DNA of 63,983 nt, counting the filler, from Octopus bimaculoides (taxonomy: Eukaryota), in assembly GCF_001194135.2 (NCBI RefSeq). It is 7 parts of 7 records of this genome, joined end to end, with 100 filler letters (N's around TTAATTAATTAA, not from the genome) between each part and the next. Parts side by side here need not be neighbours in the genome. Positions count along the whole stretch, not along the records: positions 1 to 17,681 come from NC_069001.1; 6 more parts are not named here. One strand, written 5' to 3'. The notes beneath the pieces are model-generated. The model did no database searches. It saw only the letters and a program-made list of their open reading frames with translations, and was not told the DNA's origin. This document shows positions 1 through 14,169 of the stretch, piece by piece. Position numbers and translations under genes: made by a program. The stretch's first letter is position 1; the number at the start of each line of letters is the position of its first letter.

Positions 1-85
1 TTCACCAATTCTTTCTCTTCTCTTGGACCTTCTAATCCCACCCACCCACACAGACCACTTGGTTATTCTTTACCCCCCCCCCGCG

Positions 86-400
86 AGGGTGTGTCTGGCT
101 TAGCAGTTAAGGTATTCAACTCATAATTGTAAAGACACGAGTTCGATTCCCAACCAACCTGGCAGCGCGCTGTGTCCTTGGGCAAGACACTTTACTTCAC
201 GTAGCTCCACTCCACTCAGCTAGCCAGAATGAGTTCTACTTGTAATTCAAAGGGGACAGCTTCGACACATTTTGGTGTCACACTGAATCTCCTTGAGAAC
301 TACATTAAGAGCAACGCAGAATTCACCATTAAGCAAACTAAGCATGTGCTTAGAGCATCATGGGAAGGAGGGGGGGAGGGCACCACAGAAATGGTAAATG
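86..400 (+). mobile_element. tRNA-derived SINE
   Basis: A-box-like ggcttagcagttaagg, B-box gagttcgattcc, then gtgtccttgggcaagacacttt; a related minus copy lies at ~27060-27250. Confidence 0.7.
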
Positions 401-527
401 GTCTACGGCACAACAGAAATCAATTTAAACTTGCTAAAATAATATTCCAAGTGATTTATATGATCGGAAATATAATTATAGCAAAGATCTGATCAAAGAC
501 TTTGCAATTTAAAGAAAGGAGAAAACA

Positions 528-656
528 TTTGACGGATATTTGTCCTCATCTTGTTTGTTGTTACCACAACATTTCAGCTGATTTACTTTCCAGCCTTCAT
601 TAAGAATGCAGGCTACTAACCCCAAGATTCCGAGTTCAATTCCAGGCAGTGCCTTC

Positions 657-691
<35 letters not shown>

Positions 692-1010
692 TTCTTAAAC
701 ATTCTCTAGAACAACACTATGTACAAATCCAAATATATGGTACCCTAGGCATAACACCTACATGAACTTCTAACTTGTTGTCTCTTGAGGTCTCTAGGTG
801 AGACTTGGATCCAACTTGTACAAAAACAAAGCAAAAGTCAAACATAAAATAATAATAATAATAGCATAAGCAAAAAAAATACCTTAGGACTGAGAACCCA
901 GGGCTGGGTTCAAAATTCTACTGGGACACCTGATGAAGCCTGGAAAGTAAATCAGCTGAAATGTTGTGGTTAAACCACAAACAAGATGAGGACAAATATT
1001 TGTCCAATGT
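528..1010. repeat. Inverted pair (~528-601 minus, ~926-1007 plus) of a Penelope-like repeat with a degenerate hammerhead-ribozyme-like core
   Basis: atatttgtcctcatcttgtttg...cagctgatttactttccagccttcat is the near reverse complement of atgaagcctggaaagtaaatcagctgaaatgttg...caaacaagatgaggacaaatat. Plus copy has CTGATGA (930-936) - stem - GAAA (958-961). Confidence 0.6.
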
Positions 1011-1188
1011 AAATAATGTACAGAATCCCTCATCTCTAAAATCTAGAACAGCAAAATATATATATATTCTGATGTATTTTCTCTTCTTCTTGTCTCTTCA
1101 GGTATCTGTAACATCTTCAGCCTGTCTGTTTGTCAGCCAATCTATACCTCATCCCTCATTCTCTCTCTGTGTTTCTGTGGTCAGCTAA

Positions 1189-1291
1189 ATGGCTAACAAG
1201 GAACACCAGAACTCAGTAATGCTCAATGTTGAGCAGGAAACTCACAGACAGGAGCCCAGTGAAGCAGTGAGTGGCAACAACCCAACAGAAA
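1189..1291 (+). CDS. SLC35A2: Probable first coding exon of the SLC35A-family transporter (exon 1102-1291, 5'UTR part 1102-1188): MANKEHQNSVMLNVEQETHRQEPSEAVSGNNPTE + 1 nt
   Basis: Acceptor ctcttcttcttgtctcttcAG at 1100-1101; ATG at 1189 directly after in-frame TAA; open to donor A|GTAAGT at 1291/1292. The phase-1 end joins the phase-1 start of the 16633 exon (A+AG = Lys). The peptide has no family motif, so linkage rests on splice signals and phase. Confidence 0.6.
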
Positions 1292-1384
1292 GTAAGTAAC
1301 ATCATTGTGGTTGTTTGATTTTATGGTGAGGGTGAAAAGTGGAACAATTATAGGCAAGTGGTGTCATGCAAATTGGCACCCATG

Positions 1385-1565
1385 CCAGTGGCACGTAAAT
1401 GCACCCTGGTGTCACGAAAATGGCAACTTTGGCATTAGGGAGGGCATCCAGCTGTAGAAATATTGCCAGATCAGATTGGAGCTTGATGCAGCCACTGGCT
1501 CTCCAGACCTCAGTCAAACTGTCCAACCCATGCCAGCATGGAAAACGGACCTTATGATGATGATG
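1385..1565 (+). mobile_element. RTE-type LINE 3' end with (GAT)n tail
   Basis: ggaagggcatccagctgtagaaa...aacccatgccagcatggaa...atgatgatgat, same family as 19141-19444. Confidence 0.75.
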
Positions 1566-1774
1566 ATATATATGTGTGTGTGTGTATATATATATATATA
1601 TCAGAGTAAGCACATAAATGTGCAACAAGGTGGAAAAAAGAGTACTCAAATACCAGAGGTAGAGTAATATGCTTTATTTAAAAGCAGCAGAAATAAAGTA
1701 TATACACGTATTCATCTATATTTAACTCTCTCTCTCTCTCTCTCTCTCTCCATATATATATATATATATATGAG

Positions 1775-1816
<42 letters not shown>

Positions 1817-2152
1817 TATATATATATATATATATATATAGATTATATGGAGATTTTATCTAGATATAACTTCTCTCCTTTGACTCAGCTTGCAAACTTT
1901 TACTCAAAAGAAGAAATAACATTGGTTGTCATTTATATTTATACATATGTGTGATATAAACATGACATATGATATAGCACATGTATGGAAATGCTCCTAC
2001 ATACAACCAACCAATTACTCATGAAACAAAGATGAGGATTGTTTGGATAATAAGCACAACCACATTTGTCTCTAATTAATGTTAACTTAAATCTACAGCA
2101 ACATCATCATCATCATCATCGTCACACACACACACACACGCACACATATATA

Positions 2153-2640
2153 TTGGGTCATCCCATAAATAATGTGGTTTTTTTATATTTATTTTTTTTC
2201 AAAATTAAGATAAACACAGTTCCTTTATAATCAAAAATATACTCTCCTTCATTTTCATACAATGGTCTTCCATGTATGTGGTAGACTTGCAAGGCCCCTC
2301 TTCCAAAATTCACTTGCCCAGGAGGAAAAGTATCCGTCCAGTACTTTTCTGACCTCGTCTACAGAATTCATATTTTTTCCGTCCAAATTGTTTTGAAGAC
2401 TGTGGAATAAATAATAATCAGATGGGGCAATGTCCAGCAAATATGGTGGGTGGGGTATTGCTTCCCATTCAAACTGCTCCAGCCTTTGGAATGTCATCCT
2501 CATAGTATGTGGTTGAGCATTATCCTGATGGAAGAACACCTTTTGTCTTGAAACCAAAGATGGGTCATTTTTCTTCTAGCGCTGACTTAAGTCACTGAAG
2601 CTGCTCACAGTAGATCTCCTTTGTTATCGTTTGGTTTGAC
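2153..2640 (-). mobile_element. Mariner transposon 3' fragment (pseudogenised transposase)
   Basis: ORF 2255-2557: FHQDNAQPH...HPPYLLDIAPSDYYLF (mariner HDNARPH / YSPDLAPSDY motifs). End ttgggtcatcccataaataa follows TA. Confidence 0.9.
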
Positions 2641-2900
2641 TCCAATCTGATCTTGCAGAGTTTCTACAGCTGGATGCCCTTCCTAATGCCAACCGCTCTA
2701 TGAGTGTAGTGGGTGCTTTTTACATGTCACCGTCACAAGGGCCAGTCTGGCAGTACTGGCAACAGCCACACTCAAATGGTGTTTTTTATGTGCCACCTGC
2801 ACAGGAGTCAGTCCAATGTTTTGTTCACATGCCACCAGCACAAGTGCCAGTAAGGTGAAGCTGGAAACGATCACGCTCAAATGGTGCTTTTTACGTGCCA
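2640..2900 (-). mobile_element. RTE-type LINE 3'UTR fragment
   Basis: gcagagtttctacagctggatgcccttcctaatgccaacc plus ~66-bp units, as at 17783-18240. Confidence 0.75.
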
Positions 2901-4554
2901 ATATATATATATATATATATGATGGGCTTCTTTCAGTTTCCATTTATCAAATCCACTCCCAAGGTTTACAAAGAAAAAGTCCTGAGGTTGATTCCTTCAA
3001 CTTAAACCTTTTATGGCAGTGCTCCAGCATGGTCGCAGTCAAATGACTGAAACAAATAAAAGTGGTATTGGGGGATGGTCATATTGCCAGTTTAGCCAAT
3101 AATTATATTATATATATGTACATATATATAATATATATGCATATCTGTATTTACATACATATGTGTGTGAGTACGTGTATGTATGTATGTATGTATCCAA
3201 TGATATATATACCCATATAAATGTATATAAATGCATAGATATAAACAAACTCACTACATTTAAACATATAATACTGTTTAAAATAAGCAGAGTATTTACT
3301 GTTGCGAAACTTATATTAACATACTACTACTACTACAACTACTACTAATAATAATAATAATAAATCAGGAAGCCACTACTTGCCTTCATGCTGTTATCTT
3401 TAGTTAGAATAATATTTTTAGAAACCAGTTTACTCTGGCCTAGCTCCAGACACCAGCTTTTAACATCTTTCAACATTTTCTGACCTAATTTAAACAAGTT
3501 TCCTTGAGTTAGTAACTTTTACTAACTTATATTTTGCAAACTTAACCAGATGTCATCCATTTCAATCTCATTCTTAGTCTCCTGCTATAATGATACCATT
3601 CACATGTGGATTGTTATTAAGAATTCTAAATCAACCCCCAGTATTCCACTGGTACTTTATTTTATCAAACCCCCGAATAGATGAAAGCTGAAGTTAGTAT
3701 GGAAGAGAAACTTATATCTTCAATTATAATCCAATTGACATCTAGGATACTTTATAGGAATATCAAATTTACCCCAGTGCTATATTTACCCCAGTGCCAC
3801 TGGTACATTGTTTTATCAACCCCAGAAGGATGAAGGGTAAAGTCTTAATCTTCTATTATAGGTGAAATGGCAGATTTGGTAGCATGCCTGGCAAAATGCA
3901 GAGTGATATTTTTCTTCATCTCTGTGTTCTGAGTTCAAATTTCACCAAAATCAACTTTGCTTTCATCCTACTGGAGTTGACAAACTGTATACCACCTGAA
4001 CACTAGAGAGGTGGGGAGGGGGTGGGTGATGTAATTGACTTTCCCCTCCCCTCAAAACTGCTGACCTTGTATCTTAATAAGAAAAAAAGATTATATTTCC
4101 ATTAACATCTAGGATGTCTGACAGGAATATTAAATCTACCCTAAAATTCCCAACCACCAGCACCACCAAGGCCACAAGCAGCAGCAGTGGTACCAGTAGT
4201 AGCAGAACTCCTTTACAATTCCAAACAATGCCATCTTCAATTTCAGATGTAGAGGAAACAGGGTGGAGAAGCATGATGCTCTCCCTCACTCTCTCTCTCA
4301 CCCTCTCCCCTCCAGCCCTTTTCTAACCTTTTTCTCACCCTGCCCACTCCTCTCTCTTTCACATCTAACCCTAGCCACTCTGCTAAAACAATATCAGTCA
4401 TATAAATCTCTGCCCCGATGTCACATGTACTTCATGTCCTACATAGAATTTCATGTTCCAGGTTGTTACCACTTCCACCCGAACCACTCCGACACACCCT
4501 ACTCCCCATCATGTACTCATATACACATACAAATATATGTGTGTGTGTAAGAGC

Positions 4555-4593
<39 letters not shown>

Positions 4594-4628
4594 GATAGAT
4601 AGGTAGGTAGATGGATAGATAGATAGGA

Positions 4629-4665
<37 letters not shown>

Positions 4666-4852
4666 TATATCCATATTTATGTAGTGTGTGTGCGTGTATA
4701 CACACACACACAAACATAATACACATGTATGTATACATACATATATAATGCTATTACTGCACTGAGAATGTGTGCTCAACACTGCATGGGTGGATAAATA
4801 TTTTTTTTTTGTGGTTTAACAAGGAAAATGGTTTCCTTGTAGAAAAGACGTG

Positions 4853-4932
<80 letters not shown>

Positions 4933-7223
4933 CTGATGATGATGATTATTTTTAAACCTTCACTCAAGGTTACAACTTACTAGCACAAGGGTTTCCATCA
5001 ACTGACATGGACCTCGCCTAATTCCCCTACCCACCCCTACCACCTCCCAGTGTGTGTCTGAATGGAGGGGGGATTCCCCTCCCCCACCCTGGCTGACCCT
5101 TCTCCCTCTCCACTCCCAGAAAAACCTGAAACTGATTTTGGTTGGACCTAAACCCTGCATTGTGAAACAATACACTCCATTGTATCAGAAAGTCCCAAAT
5201 CCAGCAAAATATACTCAGGGACGCCATCCCATAGCAAAGTTGCCAAACCAATCAGATTCCTGGCCACCATATTGCCATTATTAACAGAAAAAAAAAACTC
5301 TGTTTGTTTGTTTGTCTGTTGGTTGGTTGTTTGGCTTTCAAATTTGTGTTTCCATGGTTACATGGGTTACCTATTTACTGCCTTTTAATTATTTCAGTCA
5401 CTGGACTGTGGCCAGGTTGGGGCACCACCTTAAAGGGTTTTAGTCTAAGAAATCAACACCTGGACTTTTTTTTTAAGCCTGGTACTTATTCTCTTTTGCT
5501 GAACCATAAAGTTATGTTGGATATAAACAGACCAACACTGGTTGTCTAATGGTGACAGGGAGTAAACACAATGACACACATACTGTCAGCCACTAAGGGA
5601 CATGCTCAACTGGTTAAGGTCAAACAACTGACAAGCAAATCTGTGGTATTGAGCAGAATATTTACAGTAGCCCATCTTTTATACCAAATTAAAATATGTC
5701 CATGATAACACTTCCAATCAATTAAGATCAGAAGCCATGAGAGCCACTGCCTGGTACTGCATCCTGGCATTATTATATTATCATTATTATTATTATCATT
5801 AAACTTATGTTTAAGAGATTTGAAGTGTCTCAGCTACTCAATTGACCCCCCTCCCTTCCCCAGGAGCTGGTTTACTTCAGCTGAGATAGAAACAGGTTCC
5901 CCATGCTTTGACGCTCCTTCCAGTAGATTTCCCGCTCCTTCCAGTAGATTTCCCGTTGTCTGAAATTGTTGTCATGGTATCCATTGTCTTCGTTGGGAAT
6001 CAGGATGGTGACCTGTTAACCTCATATTTAACAAAAATATTTTCTGCCATTCATGCTGCATGGAAACAAAAGGACCAAATCTATAAAAATATTTGGCAAC
6101 TCAAACAATCTTTTGTTGAAGATTGTATGGATACCATTATCCAAGTGTTTATGAAATAATGCAAATATGCCATTGTATATATATATATATATATATATAG
6201 ATATATAAATACCAAACAACCGAAACTATAAATAAATTTCTGGCTGATAACACCCAAACAAAGAGTTTTTTAATACTGTTTTTTTTTTCTTTTTGTCTTT
6301 CTTCTCCATTCTTTGCTACTCTCGCATCACCCCCCCCTCACAACTATCAAAGGGCCTCTGTGCAACCACTCTTTCTTGTCCCCATTGTTCTGTGGGTTTT
6401 GGGAGGTTTGATGGGCAGCAGTGCATCGGCTGTCAACCCAGTCCATCAAACCCTATCGTTATTGCTAGTCATACCTACCTCTCTCTCTCTCTCTCTCTCA
6501 CCACTCATTCCCTCCCTCCTCACTCATTTTTGATAACCATCACTACTTGTCCTTCTCTCTCTCTTACCATCACTCACCTTCATTACTATTCTCTCTCACA
6601 CACATTACTGCCTCTTTACTCACTTATTGTTGTCATACAACACTCTATCTCCCCTTTCTGTCTCTCTTTCACTCTCTCTCTCTCTTCTCTCTCATTCTCT
6701 CCCTTTCCCTTCACTTTGCCTCTCTTCCAATACATTGTTTCTATTCAATCTCTTGACCAACAACAGTCATGTAGCTGCCTGTTCCCTTCCTTCTCTCTCT
6801 CTCCCTTTATAATTATATATATTATATAGGTAGGGAAAATCCAAGTTATGTCCCCTTGAAGTATGTCTCCTTATTCCAGCATTACAATCCAGTATGTAAA
6901 TGTTATCATTGTTGTATTGATGTGAGATACATATTAGAGTTGAAAATTCTGGAAATATTGTTTGCAGAGTTACTATATATATCAAAACAGGAAGTTGTAT
7001 GTATGTGTGTGTATGCACATATATATGTATATATATATATACACACACGAGGAAAAGTTCCTGGATTTAAGGGTATCGTGAAAGGCCTGGCTTATAAAAA
7101 CTGAAGGACCACTGCAATAAGTGTGTGAATCTGAGAAGGGAATACATTGAATAAAATCATAATTAACCGATCCTCCTGAATTCTCTTTTACCAAAAGCCA
7201 GCCAGCAACTTTTCAGCACCCAC

Positions 7224-7281
<58 letters not shown>

Positions 7282-8299
7282 ATGGGTGGATGTATACATC
7301 TAACTTCCTCTTTACTGCTAGATTTGCTCTTCTTTCTCTCTCCCAATTATTTATACGTTTCCTGATTACTAATTATGTATTGACGTCTCATCAGAATGTA
7401 AATTTTGTATTATTTTGATTCTCTGTCTGAAGAATTTCCAGTTGCAGAATTCTTACATATTTATCCAACACTTACTATTTTGTAACTCCCATTAGTAAAT
7501 GAAACATGTGTAATGGTCAATAAATAATACCAAAAAATTTTCTGACCTCACCATGTCACATGCACACACCAGAAATTTACACACACACACACATTTAGCC
7601 ATTTGAATACACATACAAACTTGTATTTAAACACTCTTAACAGAACACTCAAACAAACACACGCACAAACACACACACACTTTTACACAAATACCACTCA
7701 CCCCGCCCCCAACTGATTACACGCACACACACACAAACACCTGTATTCATTCATCACAAAAACATTGTTACACACACATACAAACACCACCACCACCACC
7801 ACCACCACCACCACGACCAACAACAACAACAACAACCCCCTGNNNNNNNNNNNNNNNNNNNNNNNNNNNNNNNNNNNNNNNNNNNNNNNNNNNNNNNNNN
7901 NNNNNNNNNNNNNNNNNNNNNNNNNNNNNNNNNNNNNNNNNNNNNNNNNNNNNNNNNNNNNNNNNNNNNNNNNNNNNNNNNNNNNNNNNNNNNNNNNNNN
8001 NNNNNNNNNNNNNNNNNNNNNNNNNNNNNNNNNNNNNNNNNNNNNNNNNNNNNNNNNNNNNNNNNNNNNNNNNNNNNNNNNNNNNNNNNNNNNNNNNNNN
8101 NNNNNNNNNNNNNNNNNNNNNNNNNNNNNNNNNNNNNNNNNNNNNNNNNNNNNNNNNNNNNNNNNNNNNNNNNNNNNNNNNNNNNNNNNNNNNNNNNNNN
8201 NNNNNNNNNNNNNNNNNNNNNNNNNNNNNNNNNNNNNNNNNNNNNNNNNNNNNNNNNNNNNNNNNNNNNNNNNNNNNNNNNNNNNNNNNNNNNNNNNNN

Positions 8300-8354
<55 letters not shown>

Positions 8355-8472
8355 TTAGTGTGTGTGTGTGTGTCTCTATATACATCCAGTGTAATTTAAA
8401 CCTTAAATCATATGGCAGATAACCAGTATTTCTCATTCTGTTTCTATGTCCATTCATGCATTGTAAATGTAA

Positions 8473-8638
8473 GGATTAGAAGTATTAAGCAGAGATTTAT
8501 AAAGATATAAACTTGTTACAGTTCAGATATGGCTGCGATATATTTGAACTTTCTTACAAGTTTGAATATGTCACAAATATATTCAAACTGTAATAACTTT
8601 ATATATCCATAGAAATCACTATTTAATGCTTCTAATCC
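8473..8638. mobile_element. Foldback MITE-like element with ~60-bp imperfect terminal inverted repeats
   Basis: ggattagaagtattaagcagagattt...gttacagttcagatat pairs with atattcaaactgtaataac...aatcactatttaatgcttctaatcc. Confidence 0.6.
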
Positions 8639-8920
8639 ATATTTAGTGTGGCTGGGCAGCCGATTAACTAAACCAATTAAAAGCATTCTGATTGGGATCT
8701 AACAAGCGAGACCTAGCCTCTTAGTCAGTTCAGAGTTGCCTCCCTTCCCAACTGCTCGCTGTTGATGAGCAGGTAATTATTTTGAGATGCATGCATCCAT
8801 TGATCTGGATAGAGGGCGCTCTGAACCGACCCGAAATATTTACACCTTTTTTGTCTGCAACAGTGGTTTTCAACCATTGACCCCTTTGGTTCCTACATAG
8901 CTATTCAAGGGTCTTGAACC

Positions 8921-9160
8921 CAGTGGTTCCCCAACCATATTTTGCCTAAGGATCCCTTTGATTTCTATTTTATTCAGGTGGACCCTCTTAACCATTCAAT
9001 GTTTAAAAAAAAGCCTGTTATATTTTTATAAGTAAATATTATTAGAAATTGTATTAAAAAAAAGTGTTAAAATATTTTGTGCATTGTAGAAATATAAGCA
9101 GGTTATTGCAGATAAATTTCAACAATAAAATCTTATATGGACCTTCAAGGGCCACATGTA
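8921..9160 (+). mobile_element. hAT-like non-autonomous element
   Basis: Starts cagtggttccccaacc; body similar to 22207-22400. Confidence 0.55.
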
Positions 9161-11073
9161 ATCAAGTATTATAAACAATAGAGAATTGCTCTAAAGACTC
9201 AAGAAATGTTGGGTGGCTAAGAGTGAACTATACATTCATTTAAATTGCAACCACTGCATGACAGACAAGTCATTAGCTTTATAATTAATTCTAGTCAAGA
9301 AATGTAGGGGAGACAAACATTGGAATATGGATTCATTTAAATTCCATCTGTTGTGTAAAAGAAAAAAAAAGAAAATCAATCATTATTTTTCTCAGTTCAA
9401 AAAATGTAGGGGAGGTAATATTGGAAATACAAATTGAATAAAATGAATAATTTGTGTGTTTTTCTCATATTTCCAGGTATTTGACAGGAATTATTTAACA
9501 GTTCTACAACATAGATTGTTCAACGTGTAAGATATTACACATTCTTATCACCCTCTTGCTGCCCTGCTCCAGCATGGACTTCACTCTCCCTTTTTAGTTC
9601 ACACTAGAAACTAACTCTGTTTTTGTTTTTGCTGTGGGTATCGTGGGGAGGGGGCTGGCTGCTTGCTTTTGTTTTTTAATCCATACATTAGCATGTGCAT
9701 GTATATGTTTGCATGCATGTCTGTGCTTGTGTGAGCATGTGTGTGTATGAGCTTGTGCGTGTGTGTGTGTGTGCATGTTGTATCTGTGTATGTATGTGTG
9801 TGTGTGTGCGTACATTTTCGCATGCGCATGTATGAGTTGCATGCATTTGTGTGAACACGTATGTACAACTTTTCTTTGAGTTTTATCTAAGTTCTTCTCG
9901 AGAGAGTTCGAGCCAGTCACTAACAAAATGACAAGACTTTTCCAATTCAGAGAGTTCCCAGTGTTTGTAATTTGGTTGAGTTGGTGTGTTGGTTGCAACT
10001 GACAATGCACACACGCCAGTGTATATACCATCTATTCACAAAAACAATCTCAGTTGGAGAATTTCTGGAATGTCTCTTACAAGTCTTCACTCTGTCACGA
10101 GATTGGAGTTGGAGGACTGACATCAGTTTGTTTTCCTCTTTCTCTCCGTGAAACTGAGTATTTCTAGGGTTTTGTGCAAATTTGTTGGTGCATAACCTAA
10201 TGCACTTATGTGCATGTGTGTGTGTTGGAGAGAGTGTGTGTGATGGAGTTCATATGTGTGTGTTGGGTGTGTTTGTGCATGTGTGTGCATGCTGGAGTAT
10301 ATATGTGTGTGTGTGATAGAAAATGTGTGTGAATGTGTGTGTATGTGTATTGTAGTATGTGTGTGTGTTTATTGTGTGTGTATGTGTGATAGAGAGTGTG
10401 TGTTAAGTAACTATATGTGTCTGTGCATATGTTTTGTGTGTGTTTGTGCATGTGTGTGTGTATGCATGTGTGCATGTATGCATATGTGTGTGATGGAGAG
10501 TATATATGTGTGTGTTGGGTGTGTGTGATGGAAAATCTTTGTGTGTGTGTATTGTAGTATGTGTGTGTGCATGATAGAGTGCGTGTTAAGTGTCTATATG
10601 TATCTGTGCGTATGTTTTGTGTGTGTGTTGGAGAGTGTGTGCATATTGGATGTGTGTGTGTGTATCTATGGGCATCTCAGCGGCGTATTAGGCCTGTCAG
10701 GGTGGTTGAATTGTGTGTGGCCCCTGTGTGAGTTGTGTAGGGGTTAGAGCCTGAGTGGTTTGCTTGTTGTTGTTGTTGTCACAGGTATTTATTTTCTCAA
10801 TGCTATTAAATGTTCCATCCAAAGTAAGTACAACAATCTTTACTCATTGGCTTCATGCACCTTCAGTCATTAGTCAGAACTAAATATGAAATTTTGCATC
10901 TGAAGTAAATACAATAATCATTGTGTCAACCTCTTCTTCAGTCATTAGTCAATACTAAATATCATATGTTGTAAGCAATGCATCGTGTTGAGTGATGTAA
11001 TAAGAAATGTTGAATTTTCAGAGGAACCAAAATGAAACAGGAGTATTTTAATGTGTTTTACACACATATACAA

Positions 11074-11141
<68 letters not shown>

Positions 11142-12409
11142 NNNNNNNNNNNNNNNNNNNNNNNNNNNNNNNNNNNNNNNNNNNNNNNNNNNNNNNNNNN
11201 NNNNNNNNNNNNNNNNNNNNNNNNNNNNNNNNNNNNNNNNNNNNNNNNNNNNNNNNNNNNNNNNNNNNNNNNNNNNNNNNNNNNNNNNNNNNNNNNNNNN
11301 NNNNNNNNNNNNNNNNNNNNNNNNNNNNNNNNNNNNNNNNNNNNNNNNNNNNNNNNNNNNNNNNNNNNNNNNNNNNNNNNNNNNNNNNNNNNNNNNNNNN
11401 NNNNNNNNNNNNNNNNNNNNNNNNNNNNNNNNNNNNNNNNNNNNNNNNNNNNNNNNNNNNNNNNNNNNNNNNNNNNNNNNNNNNNNNNNNNNNNNNNNNN
11501 NNNNNNNNNNNNNNNNNNNNNNNNNNNNNNNNNNNNNNNNNNNNNNNNNNNNNNNNNNNNNNNNNNNNNNNNNNNNNNNNNNNNNNNNNNNNNNNNNNNN
11601 NNNNNNNNNNNNNNNNNNNNNNNNNNNNNNNNNNNNNNNNNNNNNNNNNNNNNNNNNNNNNNNNNNNNNNNNNNNTATATATATATATATATGTATGTAT
11701 AATAATATAGATTTAATCAAAAGATTAAATGTGGTACTTAAATGTACTGAGGAGTACATTTTCATTGTACATTCTGTGGTGTTCTCACTACATGAATAAA
11801 TGGAGCTTGTACGAAACGTACGTACTGCTATAACCTATTGAATTTTTGTTGCTTATCTTTAAATATATATATGTATATGTATATATATTTATGTGTGTCT
11901 ATGTGTCTGTGTTTGTCCCCCCCCCCCACCAATGCTTGATGACTGGTGTTGGTGTGTTTATGTACCTGAAACTTAGCAGTTCGACAAAAGAGATTGATAG
12001 GATAAGTACCAGGCTTAACAAGACAGTACAAGCTGGAACCGATGCATTTAACCAAAAATTCTTGAAGGCAATGCTCCAGCATGGCCACAATCCAATGGCT
12101 GAAACAAGTAAATGAAACAAAAAGAAATATTTATGTATATACATGTGCACGCACACGCACATGTGCACACAAACACACACACACACAACCACAGCTACTA
12201 CCCCCATCAACCCCTCCGCCATTGTTACTACTTCAAATGGAGACAACAGTGATTCTGCCTGTTCCACTCCCTCAGTATAAACCCCACCCCCATCCCATAT
12301 ACACACACACTCAAAAATAAATGAGTTTAATTCCTGTATTTTCATGCCTGAGTGATTCGGAACAAGGGGTTAGAAGAGGGAAAGGAAAGTTCCACATTTT
12401 ATTCTTTTT

Positions 12410-12690
12410 GTTTTTTATTTGTTTCAGTCATTTGACTGCGGCCATGCTGGAGCACTGCCTTTATGTGTGTCTTTAGTCTAGCAAATCGACCCCCATGACT
12501 TATTCTTTGTAAGCCTAGTACTTATTCTAACGGTCTCTTTTGCTGAACCGCTAAGTTACAGGAATGTAAACACACCAACATCGGTTGCCAAGCAATGGCG
12601 GGCGGACAAACACACACATGTATTTACGATGGGCTTTTTTCAGTTTCCATCTACCAAATCCGCTCATAAAGCTTCGGTCGGCCCAAATCA
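12410..12690 (-). mobile_element. Composite SINE (head region + internal microsatellite + conserved tail)
   Basis: tttcagtcatttgactgcggccatgctggagc...gacaaacacacac...acgatgggct..tcagtttcc; same layout as 49167-49490 and 58930-59395. Confidence 0.8.
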
Positions 12691-12795
12691 TTGCTTACTA
12701 AAGCTATGAAGCATAGAAAGTGAAAAGTAAAATACATAAGACAGAGAAGTGTCATACAAATGGACATTGCAATCCCCCAAATTATAGAAGCTTAA

Positions 12796-13000
12796 CCCTT
12801 TTGATACCAACCCACCCGAAACTGTAGTACAAATGTCTTGTTTTCAAAAGTTCTGAATTAAAATCTTCCACTAAACCTTAGTAGCAATTCCTAACACTAG
12901 CTTAATGATAACTAAGTTATTTTAGTAAATTCTTTGTTAGATTTAAAATTAATTGAGAGGAAACACAGAACATCTCAACAGAAATATGGTAACAAAAGGG
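12796..13000. mobile_element. piggyBac-like MITE
   Basis: TTAA (12792-12795) + cccttttgatacca ... tggtaacaaaaggg + TTAA (13001-13004): 14-bp TIR with one mismatch, TTAA target duplication. Confidence 0.85.
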
Positions 13001-13340
13001 TTAAAATATAAGGAAGTATGGCTTAAACCCCAACTTACCCTTAATCTAAAAACTTGTGTAGGCAGGATCTTTCTTAAGTTATTAAGATTCATATATATGC
13101 ATGTGTGTGCATGTATGTATGTATATTATATGTGTGTGTGTGTAGATATGTGTCATTGTAGCATAATTTTAACATCCATTTTCCCATGCTCACTTGAGTC
13201 AAAAGTGTGTATGTACATGTGTGTGTGTGTGTGTGCGTTCAAGCATGTGTATATATGTGTATACATGTATATATATGTATATATATACATGTATATAACA
13301 TGTATATATATGTATATATATACATGTATATATATATACA

Positions 13341-13429
<89 letters not shown>

Positions 13430-13717
13430 TATGTCCTTTGAATTAATAACATTTATTTCTCACCAGATGGAGTACTTTTTTTGTTGAATTTTCTATCACA
13501 GATAAGTAGATTAAATAAATATATATATATAAAATATAAAAATGGGAAAAGAACGTAAAACATCCAGGCAGGTGATACAAAAAAGGGACAACAAAACATC
13601 CAGACGGACAATACAAAGAAAACAAGGACAGGTCATTTGGAGTTTTCTTTCTTCAGTCAAGTTCCAGATTATCTTTGCAATTTTTGCTGGTTATACTCGA
13701 GATTGCTCCATACATAT

Positions 13718-13755
<38 letters not shown>

Positions 13756-14169
13756 TGTGTTCACACCTGTTCATAATTATCATGCACATGTGTTTTTCAT
13801 GCAGACATTACACACTGTGAAAGTGGTTGGTGTTAGGAAGGTCACCAAGTTGTAGGGACCATGTAGGGACTCTCTTGAGATCACGTGACAGTTTTAAACA
13901 GGTGTCACTGTCATACAGACAGTACCATATACATTCAGATCTTCTGTGAAACAAGTCTGGCCACAGGTAAATATTACCTTACTTGGAAACAGGTGAGAAT
14001 TGCTAACATGGACAGCTGTAATAAAGACTATGGAGCCATAGCCAGCAGGAAGGGACACAACAGGTGAGATCTTTGAACAGGGCATTGGCCTCAATTCAGA
14101 CAGCTATGGGAAACTGATGCAGACTGTGGTCAACTCCTGGCTGGAAAGGGTTGCTGCTGGAAGATCATA

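Noticed and set aside
5860-6160. Tc1-like C-terminal remnant with a 21-bp tandem duplication
   Set aside because: Too degenerate to assign; no catalytic motif or TIR.
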